A stretch of DNA of 64,000 nt, from assembly GCA_950097015.1 (NCBI GenBank), contig CATNEN010000038.1, forward strand, positions 23,374,001 through 23,438,000, read 5' to 3'. Every line of letters starts with the position of its first letter. Positions within the stretch are counted from its first letter, which is position 1. The notes beneath the pieces are model-generated. The model was given only the letters and a program-made list of their open reading frames with translations, did not search any database and was not told the DNA's origin. This document shows, piece after piece, positions 38,208 to 50,249 of the stretch. Position numbers and translations under genes: made by a program. This DNA is from Macrostomum hystrix (taxonomy: Eukaryota; Animalia; Platyhelminthes).

Positions 38208-39776
38208 TCAGCCCCCGCTGGTCGAAAGACTCGTCTTGTACAGACTAAGACTGTTCGCCTCTTTGTCTGCGACAGCCAGCAGAAGGCAATTGTCAGTCAG
38301 CAGCAATGTCGCGCTGTGCGGAGCAAACAGGGTGTCACCGCCTCCAGGAGCGTCCGGCAGCGTGGTGGCGGGCACGTCGAGGGTTTGGAGGATCGAGCCG
38401 TCACTAGCCAGAACTCGCACAGCGGGCTCCTTGAACTCGCAGACAAACAGCAGGCCATTGTTAGCCGTAGCCACATGCGATGGATAATTGAACTTTTTTA
38501 GCGTTGATCGCATAGTAGGGTAGGACGACTTCAGGTTGCCGCTAATTGAGCACAGTTTGTGCACCTGACTCTTGTAGAAATCGGTCAGGTAGATTGTACT
38601 ATCCAGTACGGCCAGGCTTTCTAGCACTCTGCGCTGCGTTGAATCGTAAAACTTTGCAACATCGATGACAGTCTGCAAGTCTCTGTTCAGTCGGCCGATG
38701 CCAAAAATTTTGCGCTCCTGTTGATCAAAAAACAGTATTTTATCTCCGTTGGCGTCGCAACCGCACAGGTAACCCAGAGGGCGGCCAAGGTCAAGGCTAT
38801 CGATGACGCAACTCACGCAGCCGCTAAGATCAGTGACAGTTACGGACCGCTGCTGCACCAGGTACAGAAGCTGGTGATCATTGTCGCAGTACAATCCCGA
38901 TATAAAGCTGGATTTATCGATGTCGCAGTAGCATTTCAATCGGCATGATCCATCCACTGAAACTAGTAGCAGGTGGTCCTTATTCGAGCCGTCAGTGGTG
39001 ACAAAGAAGCCTGATTTTGGCAGCCGTTTGTCTTTCACATCGAACGAAGTGTTCGGCTTCAGAATGCGACCCGACTCGTCGCTGAAGTAGCCCTTCGTGT
39101 TGGTGCATGGCGTTAACCAAATCGGTTTGGCGCCCAGGTCGTCAATCTTGTGCTCAAATTTGAAAATCAGGTCCGGCTGGTTGTACGTGTCGTTAGATTC
39201 GCACAGCTGCAGCACTTGGTCCATCTGTTGATCGATGGCCAACCGCAGGTCTCTCAGGCCTCCAGTAACGTCGCCAAAAGCTACGCGAGTGTCGCGACCT
39301 GTCGTCGTCAGGGCTTCCTCTAGATCGCTGCACTCGAGCTCCATATTAGAGGCCAGCTCAAACACTGCTCTCATGTTGTTAGTTGTCTCCGCTTCATTCA
39401 TGGAGCTCTCGTACTCCTGCAGAACTGCGAACTCCCTCAGCTGCTGAACTGCGGCCTCGTTTTTAGCAGCAAGCCGACTGAGAACAGCCTCCTTGTAACT
39501 AGCCAGGGCTTCCAGCGAGGCCTCGAGCACGTCTTGCGAAGCCTGCAGCTCAGCCTCTAGCGCCTGCTGATCAGCTCTAAGCTTGTCTCTGACAGACTTC
39601 ACTGGCTGAAGCCTGGACTGCACACTCGACTGCAGCTCCCGCACTCTGGCCAAGTCCAGATCCAAGTGCCGCTGACAGAGCGGCTTCGGTATCTGTGCCC
39701 CTGTGCCAACAGCTGCCTGGACGCAGGTTTTCACGGAACAGTCTTGACGGCCGCTGATTTGAGTTCTTTGGGCCAT
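38208..39776 (-). CDS. Zn-finger(B-box-like)/coiled-coil/NHL-like beta-propeller protein (TRIM-like, no RING), paralogue 1, 522 aa
   Basis: N-terminal C-x4-C...C-x2-H (CSVKTC...PLCQRH), heptad coiled coil, and NHL-like blades (IYLTDFYKSQVHK, FNYPSHVATANNGLLFVCE, PHSATL..LAVADKEANSLSLY). Intronless. ATG 39776 lies 10 nt after an acceptor. Confidence 0.82.
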   Translation of the reverse strand: MAQRTQISGRQDCSVKTCVQAAVGTGAQIPKPLCQRHLDLDLARVRELQSSVQSRLQPVKSVRDKLRADQQALEAELQASQDVLEASLEALASYKEAVLSRLAAKNEAAVQQLREFAVLQEYESSMNEAETTNNMRAVFELASNMELECSDLEEALTTTGRDTRVAFGDVTGGLRDLRLAIDQQMDQVLQLCESNDTYNQPDLIFKFEHKIDDLGAKPIWLTPCTNTKGYFSDESGRILKPNTSFDVKDKRLPKSGFFVTTDGSNKDHLLLVSVDGSCRLKCYCDIDKSSFISGLYCDNDHQLLYLVQQRSVTVTDLSGCVSCVIDSLDLGRPLGYLCGCDANGDKILFFDQQERKIFGIGRLNRDLQTVIDVAKFYDSTQRRVLESLAVLDSTIYLTDFYKSQVHKLCSISGNLKSSYPTMRSTLKKFNYPSHVATANNGLLFVCEFKEPAVRVLASDGSILQTLDVPATTLPDAPGGGDTLFAPHSATLLLTDNCLLLAVADKEANSLSLYKTSLSTSGG

Positions 39777-40781
39777 ACGGCTAGAGCTGAAGAGAAAAAG
39801 GCAATCAGCATCAATGACCAGCGCATTAAATTCATCGTGTAACCATGTCGCTATCATTTTTTATTATACTGTATTGATTATATTATACAGAGCAACGTTT
39901 AGTTGTCCTTGTCACCTTCGACGATACTCACTGAATATCTCGACGATAAAGGGCGGAAAATTGCACTTTCACAAAGTAGGCTGCGGATATTTGAAATACC
40001 CCGTGTTATTTTCCCAGGTGACGATTTTTTGTCGAGAAAAATCATTTTCCCAATTTTATTTCCTAACTAATTAATCAAATAAGAAGTCTGAGCTTTGTCT
40101 ATAAAAGCCAATATTTTTCAAAATGGGAAAAATGAAAATTTTTAAGGAGCATAAAAAGCAAGGAGCATCTTATTAAACTTTAACATAATTTAGGCAAAAA
40201 TTCTATAAAAAGTAGATTTCATTCCAATAGTAATAGCATAAGGCAAGCTTATAGATTGTTAATCACAGTTTGGAAAAAAATATGGATGACGGAAGCAATG
40301 GAACAAAGTGATATACACCTGAAAAGCTGGCTATAGCAGCTCCTATGAAAGTTCAAAGAGTTTAACAGAAAAACTAACAATAGAAAACACACTGAACATC
40401 AGGAAGCAATTCTTATTTAGTTTCAGCTGCTGAAGCATTTCAATTATCACAAATCGAAAAATCGTCAAATTGACACTTTAGAGGCCTCAGAGTAATTAAG
40501 AGTTCAAGAAAAAAATAATTTTTGGTGCTTTCATTTCTAACTTTCTTTGAAAATACGAAGAGCGGTTATCAATCGTATGATGAGCGATGAACATGAGCTT
40601 TCCAGTCTAGCTGTTCATCGTTGTAGAAATCTCATCGCATTAGAATACCAATAATTAAAATTGATATTAGACAACAGAGACATTTAGAGAACAGATAACA
40701 CTTTGTTCTTGGTTAAATAGTTTTCAATGTCAAACTAATGAGTAAAAACATAGTCTCAAACAGGAATGGATGCCTCACAAT

Positions 40782-42327
40782 TCAATTCAACTTGAATATA
40801 CTCAATCTTTCACTCTCTCTCTCCGTGACGACAAGCAGTTCTTGTTCACCATGGAGCAGCACCGTGATGCCATGCGGTCTCTCCAGGCGACTGTCTTTAG
40901 CCGCGTCGCTTTTCTTGCTGCCTAGTGTTTGCAAAATCTCCCCACTATCACTCAGAATGTGCAGCACGTTGCACAGGTAGTCGCAAACGAAGATCATTCC
41001 CTGGTGACTGGCTGCCAAATCTGACGGACCCGTATTCAATCTGCTTGTCACCACCTGCTAATAGAGAGGCCTTGAGTTCACCTGTTTTGGCGCACACTTT
41101 GTGTATGCATCCTTTGTCAAACTGAGTGATGTAAATGTAGTCACCGTGCATTACAAGCGCTTCAATAAAGGTGCGTTTGCAGTCGTAGAAAGCTGTCACA
41201 CTGTGGTTTACTTGTAACTCAGTGTCGGCATTTCGAACTATTCCGTGCAATCTTTTCCCGATCTGGTCGAACATGAACAGGCTGTCCTGGCTGCCATCAA
41301 TGCCTGAGAAGTGGACAATCGGCTCGGCTGATTCGATCTGGCGCAACACGCGTCCATTCAGTCTCATAACAATCGCTGCCCGACGCTGCAGCACATACAG
41401 AAGCTGACGATCGCTATTGCAGTGTAGCCCTGTGATAAAATAAGACCAGTCGATGTCACTCTGGCACTTCAGCCTGACGGATCCGTCAAGAGCCAGGACA
41501 AGTAGGTATTTTCTGCCCTCGCACGACACAATCAGACAAGGTTCCGGAAGTCTGAGTCCAGAGCTCTCGTCTGCCTCAGCCCTAACAACGAAATTCAAGG
41601 AGTCATAGACGAATCCGCTTGTGTTGCTGCACGCGGTAATCCAAACTGGCTTGTCGCCTGAGATTTTTATTCTGTTCAAAAGTTTGCAGCAATTGCTTTT
41701 CATTTCAGTGATCATCGGGACATTATTAGTAGATCCCGATACATTTATGTCACATTCTTTTGACGGAGTCGAATTATTGATTTGATTAAGAACTGACATG
41801 TGCAAGTCTCTCAGACTAGTTCTCACATCTGTGTGCTCACTTTGATCTTTCTCAAAAGACTCGACGCCCTCAGCAGCATCTTCGAGGTCGCTGCATCCCA
41901 GATCCATTTGGGAGGCCAGCTCGAAAATCTTTCTAACATCGTCAGCCTGCTGAGCTGCAGCGATTGAAGTGTCGAACTCCCGTAAGACGTCAAACTCGGC
42001 AAGTTTTCGCTTCGCAGCATCACTCCTGGCGTTCAGCTGACACATAACTGCCTCCTTGTACTTTGTCACAGCATCAACAGTGGCTGAGAGCAAATTTTCT
42101 GCTTCATGCAGCTCTGCCTTCAACAGCTGCTGGCGAGCTTGAAGTCGGTCACGAGCTGCTCTCATTGGCTTCAGCTTGCTTTCCACACTGGCTTGAACTT
42201 CCAAGACTCGTTCCCTGTCTCTCTTCAAGTGCTTCTCACACATAGGCAAGGCTGTCTGGGCACCTGCTGCCACAGCAACAGCGTCGCAATTTCTAATGGT
42301 ACACTTCTCTTTCAGTTGTTCAGTCAT
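40782..42327 (-). pseudogene. Paralogue 2 of the Zn-finger/coiled-coil/NHL-like gene, with a 1-nt frameshift near 41030 (pseudogene or assembly indel)
   Basis: Collinear with paralogue 1 (CTIRNC...PMCEKH; IFELASQMDLGCSDLE; KPVWITACSNTSG). The C-terminal blades PSDLAASHQGMIFVCD...PHGITV..LSIFKLN continue in ORF 40782-41054. Removing one G of GGG restores a 514-aa ORF. Confidence 0.75.
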
Positions 42328-44909
42328 CGTTCTTTTCTGAAAGAAATGTGACAATGTTTTTGAAGAATCTGTTTATTTGTTCAGTTATTGCATTTCAACT
42401 TAACTTGACCATAAATAAACCATAGGGGACCTACATCTAGCCGAAAGCAACATTTACTGCTTTAAAAAGCTCTTCGGAAACGATCTGTACTTGTTTTTCA
42501 CAGTTAATCTGAGAATTTCGCCAGTTCAAAAACAGACATCTATGAACTTCTTCTTTGTTTAGATAGAAAATGAAAACAAAAATAATTTACTTTTAATCAC
42601 TAAAATACAATAACCTGACTTTAAATTAAAAAACGTCGCATAAAAAACCTCATAGCTAATAGATATAAGGTAAATTTTTATGTACAGCCAAAATGTATAA
42701 AAACACATAGAGACGATATGAGCATATATAGTATAGCTAAAAAAGTTTATTTTTTTAAGCGACAGTCTTTCAATTCGCAGATTCAATCATTTTTTATTGC
42801 TACATTAGACTGTACTGTTACTTGTTTCAATGTTTCATAAAAGGATACATAATGTATCCTTTACATAAGATTTTATGTACATAATGTAATGTATATTAAC
42901 AAAAATATAATTTCTCATTATCACTATACATTTTTATTATAGATTCCCTGCAAAAGTTATGGCTTAAAAACAATACAAACTCATCTAGGAAGCAGTAATC
43001 ATTTACTCATTGAGCCATATAAGTATGCTAAAGCCCCAGTTTTAGCATTTAAGCTTCAATTTAAAATACAGTTTACACAGTTTTTGCTGAGTCTAAAAAA
43101 GCTGCGAAATATAAGTTTTTTATATCATATCCAGATTATCTAAAATACTTATAAGATAAATAGGAACAAGACAAGCACATAGCCACTGTGGTTTGAATAG
43201 GTGGCTTAGGTCTTAAATAATCCAATACTTGAGCTGGGCCCTTTTCTACAACAACAACCAGGCTTCTAAATACAAGCTTGAGTAGTTTAGAAAAAAATAT
43301 ATAATTTATTATCTCTTCACAACATGTTTTCTTTCGTATTGACATTTGTTCTCTTTATAATTCTGACTACTCACTAAGAAGGAACGAACTGCTTTCGAAG
43401 AAAATGATCGTTTTAAATACAGAGTAAAAACAACTGTACTTAAACAAAATATTATTTCCGAGAAATTAAAATGCAAAGCGAAAGTTCTTATCATCTGCAT
43501 ATTCAATTCTGAGCATTACTCAGCTAGAATTTTCTAGTTATTTTATTTTATTTATTATAAAATTTGTTTTTAATTTATTTATTTATTTATTAACTTTTAT
43601 TTATTATTTTGATGTTTGGACAAAAGCTAAATATTTAAATATTTATTAAATACTCTAAATTCATAAAGGCCATTACAGACATGGCATTCTGATGCTTGTC
43701 CTCGTATAAGAGCCAATACAATTAGATATACCATGTGTAATTGATGTATTCTATGGGTCATTCAGAAATCTACTTGGGATGACTCAAGCATGGAACTGAA
43801 ACCGAATCACTTATTTCGTCTTCAAAGACAAAGACTTTTAGCACGTCAACTTGTACATTCAATATACGAGTACTTATGGGAAATTCGTCAAATTCCTCAT
43901 TCTAGCGGCTCTTGAGTACAAAGCTTGCATATGGAACAGGGACTACTTAAACTACCGGGACGGAATCCTAGGCAAATCATGCCGAATTTCTTACGAGGTT
44001 GGCTTTTTTCGCTGTCTATGGTTCTTGTTTTCTTTTAAACTTTGCCAAGCAAATGGGTAGAAGTAGCTAGTCAGTTGAATAAGTATGTGATCTCTCCCGT
44101 TAATTCATTTATCTGTGGCCGTCAGAACGACTGAGAACTTGTTTCTCGGCCGAGGCGCAGCCGAGTCCAGAGAAACGAGTTTGAAGTCGTTCTGACCATA
44201 GACAAATAAATAAACGGGGGAGATAGTATTCTTCCCCAACTTGGCCCGGTCTTGTGGAAAAAAAGAACGCTATAGCTCAACAGTATATGGTTCTGATCGA
44301 AACGGATCCAAATAATTAAATCGTTTCCTCGTCCGGGACGAATAGATATTTCTTCGTCCCGGACTAATAAATGCTTCAACACTAGACCATAGACTTATTT
44401 GACCGGGACAAGTGGGGGATAAATACATTGAATTATTGAATTAAAAAACTTTTAGTTAAAAAATATTTGTGAATGTTATAAGTATTGAAAATCTAGATTT
44501 GGCTAAACTTTTCATGGTAAAGGTAGTTTGCTAATTATTACAGATATTCCGAATCTTACGCAGACGCGCACCTGGGTGCTGTCAAACTAATATGCCAATT
44601 AGCTTCAAAATGGCTTCATGTGAAAATAAACGGTATGAAATTTTCTTGCATCCTTATCTATAGGTCTAATGCAAGCAGTGCATGGCATTGTACACCAGCT
44701 TATGCACGTTTATAGGCACATGTATAGGCACACTAGCTTCTGGCTTTCGTGTCTAGCGCCTGGTACGGTATCAGGGCACTCATGCATAAATTCCAAAAGA
44801 AGCGGTGTGTGACAGATTAAAAAATTAGGGTTCTAGTTCATAAATTTTTTACGATTTTGATACTGACTTCTAGACGCATATGATATTCATTCCCAGCTAC
44901 ATTTAGGAG

Positions 44910-45200
44910 ATGGCAAACAAAGTTGAACGAGAAGCATTTGCTATGCCGCCTGGTGAGACCACCTTTGCGAGGCGAGTTCGCTCGGAGATGTCAGATCCGG
45001 CTAGATTAGAAGCGTTTTCCCAGCTCAAAGAGCGCCTTCAAGACGTTTGGGTTGAAGACTTCAATGACGACATCTATCTGTACAAGTTCTTTAAGGCGAG
45101 AGAGTTTGACACGGCGAGGGCTGAAGTCATGGTGAGAAATCATCTGCGCTGGCGCAAGGAGTATCGAGCTGACGACCTGCTAGCTAATGATGGATTTAAG
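44910..45200 (+). CDS. SEC14-like (CRAL-TRIO + GOLD) lipid-binding protein, exon 1
   Basis: CRAL-TRIO N-terminal motif DDIYLYKFFKAREFDTARAEVMVRNHLRWRKE; donor AAG|GTGACC, phase 0. Confidence 0.9.
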
Positions 45201-45297
45201 GTGACCTTTGTCTATGGCTATTGCACGAATCCTTAGAGAAATTAGGATTGATGTGGTGGCCAATAAACACCAGTCTCCGCTTTACAATGTCCCGCAG

Positions 45298-45753
45298 GAA
45301 GCCGAGGTGATCACTCGCTACTACGCAGGTGGCTTCTGTGGCGTCGACAAGGAGGGCATTCCGGTTTGGTACGAACCATCGGGCCTCATCGATCCTCAGG
45401 GCTTCGCCAAGTCGGTGACGCGGGAGCATCTGTTGCGAAGCCGCATTCACATAACTGAACGCTTTGTTAGACAAATCCTGCCAGATCTGAGGCGCAGGAC
45501 AGGCAAACCTATTTACTCTTGCACGTTTGTTGTGGACATGCACAACTACGGCAGGCGTCACATGTGGGCTCCGAACCTGGAGTTCTACGCCGAGTTTGTG
45601 CGGACCTGCGAGCAGAACTATCCAGAAACGATTGGTACGGCGTTTATAGTAAATGCACCGGCCATTTTCCCCATTGTCTTCAACCTACTGAAACCGCTGC
45701 TGCATACGGAGACTCAAAAGAAGATAAAAATTCTAGGAAAGAACTATAAGCAG
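45298..45753 (+). CDS. SEC14-like protein, exon 2
   Basis: Acceptor CCCGCAG|. Encodes YYAGGFCGVDKEGIPVWY and EQNYPETIGTAFIVNAPAIFPIVFNLLKPLL. Donor CAG|GTAAGT. Confidence 0.93.
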
Positions 45754-45815
45754 GTAAGTATTTTTGTTTTTCCTCGGACGTAAAAGTAGCGTTCAACACT
45801 GTGTACGTGTGAAAA

Positions 45816-46684
45816 TGTAGCGATATAAAGAGACGTCGCGGATGTTAGTTTACTTAATGATAATGAGCACCCACCCTTGCTCTCTCGCATCTCGGTTTCA
45901 TTTTGCGTGGCCTCTTCCCCCCTTTTTGCTCTCTCTCAGTTTACTTTAACTAGCTAGAGTCGCGTCGCGAGCGGGCCGCGATTGGCTCGCCCGGGCTGGT
46001 GGATGAGGCTAACGCCGAGCCCTGGGCCAGCTAGGGTTTTCTCTGACCCCTCTCGCGCGCCGTGATTGGCCGAGAGCTGAGTAAGACCGAAGAGCTCTGC
46101 CCTGCCCACTGTTTGGGGCAGCCGCGCCGCCCGCCCCTTCCAGCGCATTTAAATGTATGAAAGGCCAAGAGCCGGCATCATCTGTTTGCCCGGTTTATTC
46201 TGTTGTCAAATCTAGCGAAATACAAATAAACGCGCGCTGCATGGCCTGCACACCCTGAGCCTGTGTACCCTCGGAACGGTAAGACTGTTTTTCTTGCTCA
46301 TTTGAGCGTCGCACCGAAGTCCCCGGACTGGTGAACTCTCGCCGTCCAGGACAGGTGAACTCTCGCCGTCCAGGACAGGTGAACTCTCGCCGTCCAGGAC
46401 AGGTGAACTCTCGCCGTCCCGGATTGGTGAACTCTCGCCGTCCCGGATTGGTGAACTCTCGCCGTCCAGGACAGGTGAACTCTCGCCGTCCCGGACAGGT
46501 GAACTCTCGCCGTCCGGGATTGGTGAACTCTCGCCGTCCCGGATTGGTGAACTCTCGCCGTCCCGGATTGGTGAACTCTCGCCGTCCCGGATTGGTGAAC
46601 TGAGTCTGAGTCGTGGGCTAAGCGAAGGTCTGGACCCAGGTGTCTCAGGCAGTCGAGTCAAACCCCCCAGTATTGATTACGTCA
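45816..46684 (+). mobile_element. Possible solo LTR / retroelement relic with an internal 24-bp repeat
   Basis: GC-rich island in an AT-rich intron. Starts TGTAGCG, carries ATTGG boxes, TTTAAA and AATAAA in LTR-like order, and ends ...CA. No convincing TSD. Confidence 0.33.
46329..46601. repeat. Minisatellite, 24-bp unit GGTGAACTCTCGCCGTCC(A/C)GGA(CA/TT)
   Basis: About 11 copies read directly. Confidence 0.95.
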
Positions 46685-47324
46685 GAACTTTTCTCTTCTT
46701 TTTTTCTTATAAACTAAAAACGAAAATCTTGCTTGTATGTTAGCAATCGACTATCTCCCGAACGGCTCAACCGATTTCACAATTCCTTCACCAAACGATC
46801 ACGAAAATATCATGGTCCCGAATCGGTACACGTATTTTTATTAAGCTTAATTTCATTTCCAAGGGGATTAAATATTCGAAAACTGTTTTAAATAGGCTTT
46901 TCCAATGCATTCATTTATTCAGCTTGTGCACAGTGAGGCTCCAGTGCCAATTTTAATGATTGCATCAGAGCCTGTTTTGTTAGGCGAGCGTACTGATAAG
47001 AAATTTCTCACCCAAATGTGCATGGCTGTGTCAACCCCACTGGCGAGATAATTACTGCCCAATGTGCACAGGCTGAGCTGGCTTCTGTTATCTGTTCGGC
47101 ACTGAGATATCTTTTTGTTTCATTTTTTCAGTTTTATTCAACCAATATAGCAGATTCACAGCATACTTCAAATGCAAACAGCTCGGAACTGAAATGATGC
47201 AAGTGATCGGCCTTTCTTGGCAGCAAGTAACTCGTTTTTCAGAGAACAGCGAAACACCGAATTCCAGGAATTTGAACCGTTTTCCAGACACAACAATGAC
47301 ACATCCAGACAGCATTAATACAAA

Positions 47325-48005
47325 TCCAGGCTCAGAATCGACAGAAATCTAGGCTCGGAATGGATAGATATCTAAGCTCAGAATTGATAGATATCTAGGC
47401 TCGGAATAGATAGATATCTAGACTCAGAATCGACAGAAATCTAGGCTCGGAATGGATAGATATCTAAGCTCAGAATTGATAGATATCCAGGCTCAGAATC
47501 AATAGAAATCTAGGCTCAGAATTGATGGATATCTAGGCTCAAAACTGATAGATATCTAGGCTCGGAATAGATAGATATCTAGACTCAGAGTCGATAGAAA
47601 TCTATACTCGGAATGGATTGATATTTAAGCTCAGAATTAATAGATATCTAGGCTCAGCATTGATAGATATCTAGACTCAGAATCGATAGACATCTTGGCT
47701 CAGAATGGATAGATATATAAGCTCAGAATTGATAGATATATAAGCTCAGAATGGATAGATATATAAGCTCAGAATTGATAGATATCCAGGCTCAGAATCA
47801 ATAGATATCTAGGCTCAAAACTGATAGACACCTAGGCTCAGAATTGATGGATATCTAGGCTCAAAACTGATAGATATCTAGGCTCAGAATTGATAGATAT
47901 CTAGACTCAGAGTCGATAGAAATCTATACTCGGAATGGATGGATATTTAAGCTCAGAATTCATAGATACCTAGGTTCAGAATTGATTGATATCTAGGATC
48001 AGAAT
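47325..48005. repeat. Degenerate 23-bp minisatellite GATAGATATCTAGGCTCAGAATT
   Basis: Read directly; lies in SEC14 intron 2. Confidence 0.93.
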
Positions 48006-48804
48006 CGTAGAATTCTGATAATAATATAAGTTTTTCGAGTGTAGCAGCAAGTGTTATTCGATGCTAAAACTAAGGAAAGATTTTTAGCATAGCTGCAAGT
48101 TTTATCAGATTCAGAACTAGAACTATTCGAGCATAGCTAAAAGCGTTATTAATTTTTAAGTTTTAACATTTTTTCAAGCATTGCTTCAAGCGTTATTCGA
48201 TTCAAATCTCAATTTAATCGAATTTAATCGAATCGAAGCTTTTAACGTTATTCGATGCTAAAACGAAGGAAAAATGTTTGAGCATAGCTGCATGCGTTAT
48301 CAGATTCAGAACTAGAACTATTTGAGCATAGCTAACAGCGTTATTAATTTTAAATTTTAACATTTTTTCAAGCGTTTTTCGATTCAAAATAAATGAAAAC
48401 TGTTCGAGCACATGTAGCTTTAAGCATTTTCAAACTCAAGAAAAGTGTTGTGAGCATTGCTGCAATCGTCATTAGATTCAAAAATAAGCAGGGAAGCAAT
48501 CATTATTTTTATATATTAAAAAAAATAAGATAATTAAAAGGAAAACATGAAACTTAATAGCGCTAGATAACAATGAATAGCAGCATGAGATATCGCGTAA
48601 AATACAATAATCGGGAAAGCATTAGATATCTACGGCATATCACGATTTCCTTAAGATATAGCATGCAATTTCCAGGCGAAAAATGAGCATAAAAACATTG
48701 AACAACGCTGAGCAAGGGCTTTAATGAACATCGTTAAACTATGTCTATGGGGAGTTCCCACAGGGAATTTCCTTTGGATTCTTGTATTTCAAACGTTAAG
48801 TGTG

Positions 48805-48977
48805 TATTTTCATTGAGCAACGCTGGGATTCCCGCCATTAAATACCGGTGGAATGTCTATGGTGCAAACAGAACCGCTGGGAATCCCAGCGTTGCTCAAT
48901 GAAAATATATACCGGCTATTTCGGGCATCAATGTCCTCAGTCACAGCCATTGACACCCTCAATAGCCGGTATATATT
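48805..48977. repeat. Twin adjacent inverted repeats (29-bp and 17-bp perfect arms)
   Basis: 48805-48833 pairs with 48879-48907, and 48904-48920 pairs with 48961-48977. Confidence 0.9.
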
Positions 48978-48989
48978 CTTACATTAATA

Positions 48990-49410
48990 ATCAAGTGGGG
49001 TAGCATGAATTATCTAGGGAGAGCTTGAATTATCGACGAAATGGCATGAATTATCGAAGAGAAGCATGATTGATCGAGGTGTAGTGCAAATTATCGAAAG
49101 GAAAAGTATGAAATATCGAGGGAAAGCATGACTAATATAGGGAGTAGCATGAATTATTGAAGGGAAAGCAGGAATGATCAAGGGAAAGTATGAATTATCG
49201 AGGGGCAGCGCAAATTATTAAGAGTGTAGCATGGTTTATCGAGGAGGAAGCATGAATTGACGAGGGTAAAGTATGAACTATCGAGGGGGAGGCATGAGTT
49301 ATCGACGGGTAGCAAGCTTTTCCGAGGGATAGCACGATGAATGAAAGTGATAGCACGAATAATTGAGGGGTTAGCAAAAATTATAGAGGGAAGGCATGCA
49401 TTATCATGGG
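48990..49410. repeat. Highly degenerate ~21-bp array (GCATGAATTATCGAGGGG..)
   Basis: Recurrent GCATGAATTATCGA motif; followed by (AATGA)n at about 49500-49570. Confidence 0.75.
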
Positions 49411-49749
49411 GTAATGCTAGTTGTATATTTAAAAATATTATTCTTCTCGGGGCTGTTCTTCCCCCAAGGGGGATCGTGGTTGCTAGTCTAATATACTAAA
49501 AATGAAATGAAACGAAATAAAATGAATAGAAATGAAATGAATAGAAATGAAATGAATTGAAAATGAAATGAAAGCATGATATATCAAATGGGTAGTATGA
49601 TATTTTGAGTAGATATCAAGAAAAGTTAAGTATAATACTTATGTTGATTATTTTAAATATTTTTTTCGTCTCGGGGCTTTAAAGCATGATATTTTTTCTC
49701 TCAAAAGGGGTCTTGGCTGATAGTCTACCATAACATTCATACCCACCAG

Positions 49750-50052
49750 GTGCTCCTAGAAGCAATAGACGCTGATGAGCTTCCGAAAATCTACGGCGGA
49801 AATCGCACCGATCCTGACGGAGATCCGCGCTGCCCTTCGCTGATCTGCTGGGGCGGGGATGTGCCCAAGAGCTACTACCTGAAACCAAACTACCCGGACA
49901 AGCTGAAGTCCCACGGCATCGGTCGTATGTCCAAGTTTCGTGTGGAACTTCGCGTACCAGTTGGCGGTGCTGGTCAGTTGTACATCGAGTGGGATTTCCT
50001 CACTGACGATGGGGACTTGGGATTTGAAATTGTCCGAGAAGACGATTCTCAG
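49750..50052 (+). CDS. SEC14-like protein, exon 3
   Basis: Acceptor CACCAG|. Encodes IDADELPKIYGGNRTDPDGDPRC...GGDVPKSYY and the GOLD start WDFLTDDGDLGFEI. Donor CAG|GTAAGT. Confidence 0.93.
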
Positions 50053-50249
50053 GTAAGTGAAGTCATACACGGATTACGATCTAGATGTTATCGTGGCCCT
50101 TTACTTGACTTAAAGATCAGGAGCTTGAGGTGTACATAGTCTAAGGCAATGTCTTTGAACAGCTGCGGCTGTGCTACTGGCTGTACATTTTACATTACTA
50201 GGCTATAGTAGAAGCTGTGCAAAAGTAGCTGAACCATTCATTTCAACAG

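Noticed and set aside
42840-42862. Palindrome AAAGGATACAT-A-ATGTATCCTTT
   Set aside because: Short AT-rich inverted repeat with no other support; may be chance.
45196-45300. Apparent frameshift between SEC14 ORFs 44910-45236 and 45208-45783
   Set aside because: Explained by a 97-nt GT-AG intron (45201-45297).
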